Source: an uncultured bacterium
GTDB taxonomy: Bacteria > Babelota > Babeliae > Babelales > RVW-14
Direction of reading: 5' to 3'
Assembly: GCA_963759805.1 (NCBI GenBank)
Contig: CAVXAT010000001.1
Location: forward strand, 1 to 64,000
Length of the DNA: 64,000 bases
The translations under genes were made by a program, and so were the position numbers. Shown here piece by piece: positions 60,049 to 64,000 of the stretch (position 1 is its first letter; every line of letters starts with the position of its first letter). The notes below the pieces were generated by a model, which worked only from the letters and a program-made list of their open reading frames with translations, was not told the origin of the DNA and made no database searches.

Positions 60049-60402
60049 TTATTTCTTATTAAAGACCAGATGCGGTTCTTGTCCCAATAGTGCAAAAAGA
60101 CGTGCGATGCTGGCAATTGTCAAATTGGCAGCGCCATTTTTTATTTTGGCAATATGTGCGGGACTAACATCCAATCGTTTGACGAGCTCATTAAAACCAA
60201 TATTTTTTTCTTTCATGTAATTATTCATGGCATTTGTAATATCATTTTGTAACGACTTAAGAGCCCTTGCTTCCAACATTGCTTGTTGTTCAATTTCGGT
60301 GATTTCTGATTTAGTTAATCTTTTTTCCATTAACTTTTGAAAGCTTTTCGTTGAAAATTTCTTCGTTGTTACTATCTTCTTCTCTTTTCCTGCCTTATTC
60401 AT
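60049..60402 (-). CDS. XRE/HTH antitoxin (HigA-like)
   Basis: ELVKRLDVSPAHIAKIKNGAANLTIASIARL, directly downstream of the toxin. Confidence 0.8.
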   Translation of the reverse strand: MNKAGKEKKIVTTKKFSTKSFQKLMEKRLTKSEITEIEQQAMLEARALKSLQNDITNAMNNYMKEKNIGFNELVKRLDVSPAHIAKIKNGAANLTIASIARLFALLGQEPHLVFNKK

Positions 60403-60436
60403 GGTAACTACTCCTTATCATTGTTCTGCGTTATTT

Positions 60437-60775
60437 TTACTGAGTTTGTGTTAACCTTGTACGTGCAATTTTAATATCATTTTGTTGGTTACTTTTATCA
60501 CCTGCATGCAGCAAAATTATGATCTTATTCTTATAAAAGCAGTAATAAATTCTAAAACCATAGTTTCTTTCGCGTAACTCAAATAGGCCTTTGCCTAGTG
60601 TTCTGCTATGTGGAAGTTTTAAATCATTACCACAAACTTCAAGCAGTTTTAGTTCTTTGGATACGGCTTTGAATTGTTCCCGCGTTAATTTTAGTAACCA
60701 ACGCTCAACCGAGCGTTTGCCTGAGTTATCAACCCAATAGTCTATAGTCCATTTTATCATAATTTTACAACTCAC
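60437..60775 (-). CDS. RelE/HigB (Gp49-like) toxin
   Basis: LPHSRTLGKGLFELR...RIYY...ILLHAGDK...DIKIAR. Confidence 0.88.
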   Translation of the reverse strand: MSCKIMIKWTIDYWVDNSGKRSVERWLLKLTREQFKAVSKELKLLEVCGNDLKLPHSRTLGKGLFELRERNYGFRIYYCFYKNKIIILLHAGDKSNQQNDIKIARTRLTQTQ

Positions 60776-60958
60776 TTTCTCATGAAAATATAAATTGAAC
60801 TTTTAATAAATAATCTTCAAAAACTACTATATTTTAGTATAGTATATTTTAATATACTGGCAAGATCTTTTTGTAATAAAAAAGTTTCTTTTTACTTTGC
60901 CCAAATATGATACAATTGCTGCATCATAAAAATACACTTAAATCAGAAAGATATTGTA

Positions 60959-62404
60959 ATGAAAGCCATTCTTATTGCTCGTGTGAGTACTGAAGAGCAG
61001 CGAGATGCAGGCAACTCATTGCCCGCGCAAATTGCACGTCTTGAAAGATATTGCCAGAATAAAAACTTTGATATTTTGCAGATCTATAGTTTTGATGAAA
61101 GTGCATACAAAAACGATCGCGTTGAATTTGATCGAATTATTGATCTTATTTTAAATCAGCAAGAAAAGATTGTAGTATGTTGCGACAAAGTCGATCGACT
61201 CTCACGCAATGTATTTGATAAACGGGTTTCGATACTTTATGAAAAAGCATTGTTTGACCAGATAGAATTACATTTTATATCTGATGGACAGATCATCAAT
61301 AGTAATATATCTGCGGTAGAAAAATTTCAATTCAGCATCAGTTTGGGATTGGCCAAATATTATTCAGATGCGATCAGTGATAATGTAAAACGAGCTATGG
61401 AACAGAAATTACGAAAAGGCGAGTGGCCTTCAAAAGCTCCATTTGGTTATAAAAACATCACCAAGCCGGATGGGAAAAAAGATATTGTTGTTGATGAATA
61501 TAATTCACGCATTGTTCAAAAGACATTTGAATTGTACGCAACTGGTGGCTTCTCAATGAGTTTGTTATGTGAAAAATTAAACAAAGAGCATGGTCTTAAG
61601 TGGCGAAAAGGTTTTCTTGATAAGATTTTAAATGAGTCATTTTATTACGGTGTTATGGTATGCAAATGTAGGATGTACCCTCATCGATACCCTCCAATAA
61701 TAACCCAATCACTTTTTGATCAAGTACAACAGATTATAGATGGATTTAAAAAGAAGCGATTCAAATATGCAGGCAAACAACCATATGCTTACCGCGGGTT
61801 AATACGTTGTGCTCATTGTGGATTGTCAGTAACGCCTGAAAAGCAGAAGGGCTTGGTCTATTATCATTGCACTCAGTACAATGGTAAGCATGGGGCCAAA
61901 TGGATAAGAGAGGAAGCGATCACTGAGCAACTTGGCGCAGTATTTAGAAATTTACAGATGCCTGCAGAAATTGTACACCAAATTACCCAGACTCTGAACG
62001 AAGTTCATGAAAATAAAATTGAATTTCATAATAACGAGTTCGACAAGCTCGCTAGGGAGCAAAAAAATCTGACTACCATGCTTGATAATTTATATCTTGA
62101 TAGACTTCAAAGAAAAATTTCTGAGCGTGACTATGACAAGTTTTATCAATCAATGCATGATCGAATAACTGATATTGCGATACGCCTTGACCAGTTACAG
62201 GAAGCGGAAGATGTTTATCATTTTACTGCAACGTTTGTACTTGAGGTCATAAAACGTGCGTATGAGTTATTTGTAAGTGCTGAAATTGAAGAAAAACGCC
62301 AACTAATTAAATTGATGCTATTGAATTTGAGAATAGAGGGCGAAAATCTTGTGTGGGACGTACAAAAACCGTTTGATTTGTTTTTGAATGCCACCGAAAA
62401 TTAA
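60959..62404 (+). CDS. Large serine recombinase (int2), inverted paralog of int1
   Basis: ARVSTEEQ, DRLSR, APFGY and CAHCG/YYHC motifs. Confidence 0.93.
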   Translation: MKAILIARVSTEEQRDAGNSLPAQIARLERYCQNKNFDILQIYSFDESAYKNDRVEFDRIIDLILNQQEKIVVCCDKVDRLSRNVFDKRVSILYEKALFDQIELHFISDGQIINSNISAVEKFQFSISLGLAKYYSDAISDNVKRAMEQKLRKGEWPSKAPFGYKNITKPDGKKDIVVDEYNSRIVQKTFELYATGGFSMSLLCEKLNKEHGLKWRKGFLDKILNESFYYGVMVCKCRMYPHRYPPIITQSLFDQVQQIIDGFKKKRFKYAGKQPYAYRGLIRCAHCGLSVTPEKQKGLVYYHCTQYNGKHGAKWIREEAITEQLGAVFRNLQMPAEIVHQITQTLNEVHENKIEFHNNEFDKLAREQKNLTTMLDNLYLDRLQRKISERDYDKFYQSMHDRITDIAIRLDQLQEAEDVYHFTATFVLEVIKRAYELFVSAEIEEKRQLIKLMLLNLRIEGENLVWDVQKPFDLFLNATEN

Positions 62405-62471
62405 ATATCGTTAATGGGTTCTTTAACCAGTTTTCAATAGTCCTTAGATTTATTGGGAGTGCTACATTTAT

Positions 62472-63098
62472 TTATAGCAAATTGTCTTCCGTTGATTTGT
62501 AACTATATTTTCTCTTTATAGTCCATCCGGATGTTTTTTTATTGTTTCTTTGCCAGTGGGATTCATAAACATTTGATTGGCCTATTCCAATTAAAACAGT
62601 AATAAAATCATCTAAGTCAATCCAATAAAGTCCATTGTTTTTTTCCCAGCCGCTTGTTACAAAAAATCCGTCTGTATAATCTTTATCTTCTTGAGATAAA
62701 CAAAAAACATATGAATGTATGATTAAATTGCATAAAATGGGTAACTCGATTTTGTTATTTTTACCAGACTCTTCAATGTTATAAAATCTGTCGATTTGAT
62801 GCCAATTTAGCAAGTCAGGTTGCTTTGTGTTATCTTTTATGGAAAATTTCTTATTTTTTATATACCAGTATTCAGTTTTAATATCGGAGCCAATTTTTTC
62901 AGCTTCTATAAGTTTACGAATAGCATAGGCAGATATCATTATTTTTTTCTCAAATAATATTGCTTGTTTTGAAGAAGGTCTTTTTTTTGACCATCGCTGT
63001 AAAATATCAGCATCTTTGATTAACTCATATTTCCAATCTGAAGATTCCCAGATCATATATTCCTTGTAATTTTTTGATGGCTTTAATCTTGTAAACAA
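62472..63098 (-). CDS. Hypothetical protein (island cargo)
   Basis: 208-aa ORF with AYAIRKLIE and LCNLIIHS segments. No family recognised. Confidence 0.65.
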   Translation of the reverse strand: MFTRLKPSKNYKEYMIWESSDWKYELIKDADILQRWSKKRPSSKQAILFEKKIMISAYAIRKLIEAEKIGSDIKTEYWYIKNKKFSIKDNTKQPDLLNWHQIDRFYNIEESGKNNKIELPILCNLIIHSYVFCLSQEDKDYTDGFFVTSGWEKNNGLYWIDLDDFITVLIGIGQSNVYESHWQRNNKKTSGWTIKRKYSYKSTEDNLL

Positions 63099-63109
63099 TT
63101 TTAAACAGT

Positions 63110-64000
63110 CTAACGTAATTTAAGGTCAATTTCAAAGCTTGAATAAACCGTTTTTATGTTTTGTAGCCTAAAATCAAACCCGATTTTGCGATTTATAAAT
63201 GAGTCTCGCATGTGGAGCCATTCTGGTTGATCACTCATTTTTGCGAAGATAGAGAAGGGCTCTTTAAGCTCCAGGTCGAGCTTGTCACCATTTAATTTAA
63301 AGTTCGAAACCATAAAATTCAAAAGTTGCTGTTTTTCATTCATTTTCGAACCCAGAAAAAGCTCTTTAGATTGCTGAGCCAAGCTCAAGACTGTTTGGGC
63401 GGTGATTAGGCATGATTCATCCGCATTAACATGGGCCTTCATTTCTAGAGTGATATTTCGCTGTCGTGTTTTATATTCATATAGCTTCAGACGGTATGTT
63501 TCAGCATCAATTCTTCCATCTAGATACATGTCTATCAATTTTGAGATTCTATCTTGGATATGGTCCAATTCTTTGCGTAAGGCTTCTTGAGAATGCTGGT
63601 AAAAGTCTTGTTCAGTTGCGTAAGAATGTTTTAGATGCGCAATTATGTCGCTAATCTGCTTGTCTGATAGCTTAATTTTATCGAAATACTTTAACACTTC
63701 AGCCAGGATTGCTTCCTCTTTAACCCATACCTTGGTGCAAACTCGTTTTGCATTGCTGCAGCAGTAATAAACATACTTCCCTTTCTTGATATCCCCTGTA
63801 ATTGTACAGCCACAATTTGCACATTTAATTAGCCCACGGAAAAGAAGTTCTTTTCCAGCATAATGAGCGGGTGCTTTATGGTGTCCGGCAATTATATCCT
63901 GCACTTTATCGAAAAGCTCCTCAGATATAATTGGCGTATATTTGTGAGGATACAGCTCACCATTCATACGCATAACCCCTGAATAAAAAGGGTTTTTGAG
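63110..64000 (-). CDS. Large serine recombinase (int3), 3' part; the 5' end is beyond the window
   Basis: The frame is open to the edge (LKNPFYSGVMR). PIISEELFDKVQ, CANCG, YYCC and EPF...WL motifs. Confidence 0.9.
   Translation of the reverse strand, partial: LKNPFYSGVMRMNGELYPHKYTPIISEELFDKVQDIIAGHHKAPAHYAGKELLFRGLIKCANCGCTITGDIKKGKYVYYCCSNAKRVCTKVWVKEEAILAEVLKYFDKIKLSDKQISDIIAHLKHSYATEQDFYQHSQEALRKELDHIQDRISKLIDMYLDGRIDAETYRLKLYEYKTRQRNITLEMKAHVNADESCLITAQTVLSLAQQSKELFLGSKMNEKQQLLNFMVSNFKLNGDKLDLELKEPFSIFAKMSDQPEWLHMRDSFINRKIGFDFRLQNIKTVYSSFEIDLKLR

Larger units (their letters stand above)
52793..63221. mobile_element. Putative ~10.4-kb integrative element at tRNA-Asn
   Basis: Bounded by GGAGCCAT direct repeats (52793-52800, 63214-63221). 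Carries recombinases, a Rep-like gene and a TA pair. Confidence 0.65.

Overview
An AT-rich bacterial chromosome segment. The scattered housekeeping genes, Tol system, dispersed mur/mra genes and many large secreted orphan proteins suggest a reduced host-associated diderm such as Ca. Dependentiae/Babelota (inference only). Core genes include pgeF (partial, missed by the ORF track), tsaC, murC, cca, tolQRAB, tilS, prfB, ftsH, rpmB, rpsT, trxB, galU, pheS, mraY and four tRNAs (Ala, Leu, Val, Asn). Mobile DNA comprises an IS3, an IS621-like IS110 with a readable bridge RNA, a TnpB-only IS200/IS605 element, an IS982, a 255-bp MITE, and a tRNA-Asn island with three related large serine recombinases, a rolling-circle-type Rep and a TA pair. 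The main observations are: (1) the recombinase genes carry their att core (GGAGCCAT, the tRNA 3' end) inside their own 3' ends, so integration and excision would swap C-terminal tails in a tandem array; (2) a family of small palindromic repeats nests within itself, abuts tRNA 3' ends and is inserted in frame in pgeF and tsaC; (3) the IS110 bridge RNA guides match its own circle junction and that repeat family; (4) the TnpB element lies exactly between the Shine-Dalgarno and the ATG of cca. Several frameshifts look like possible sequencing indels.
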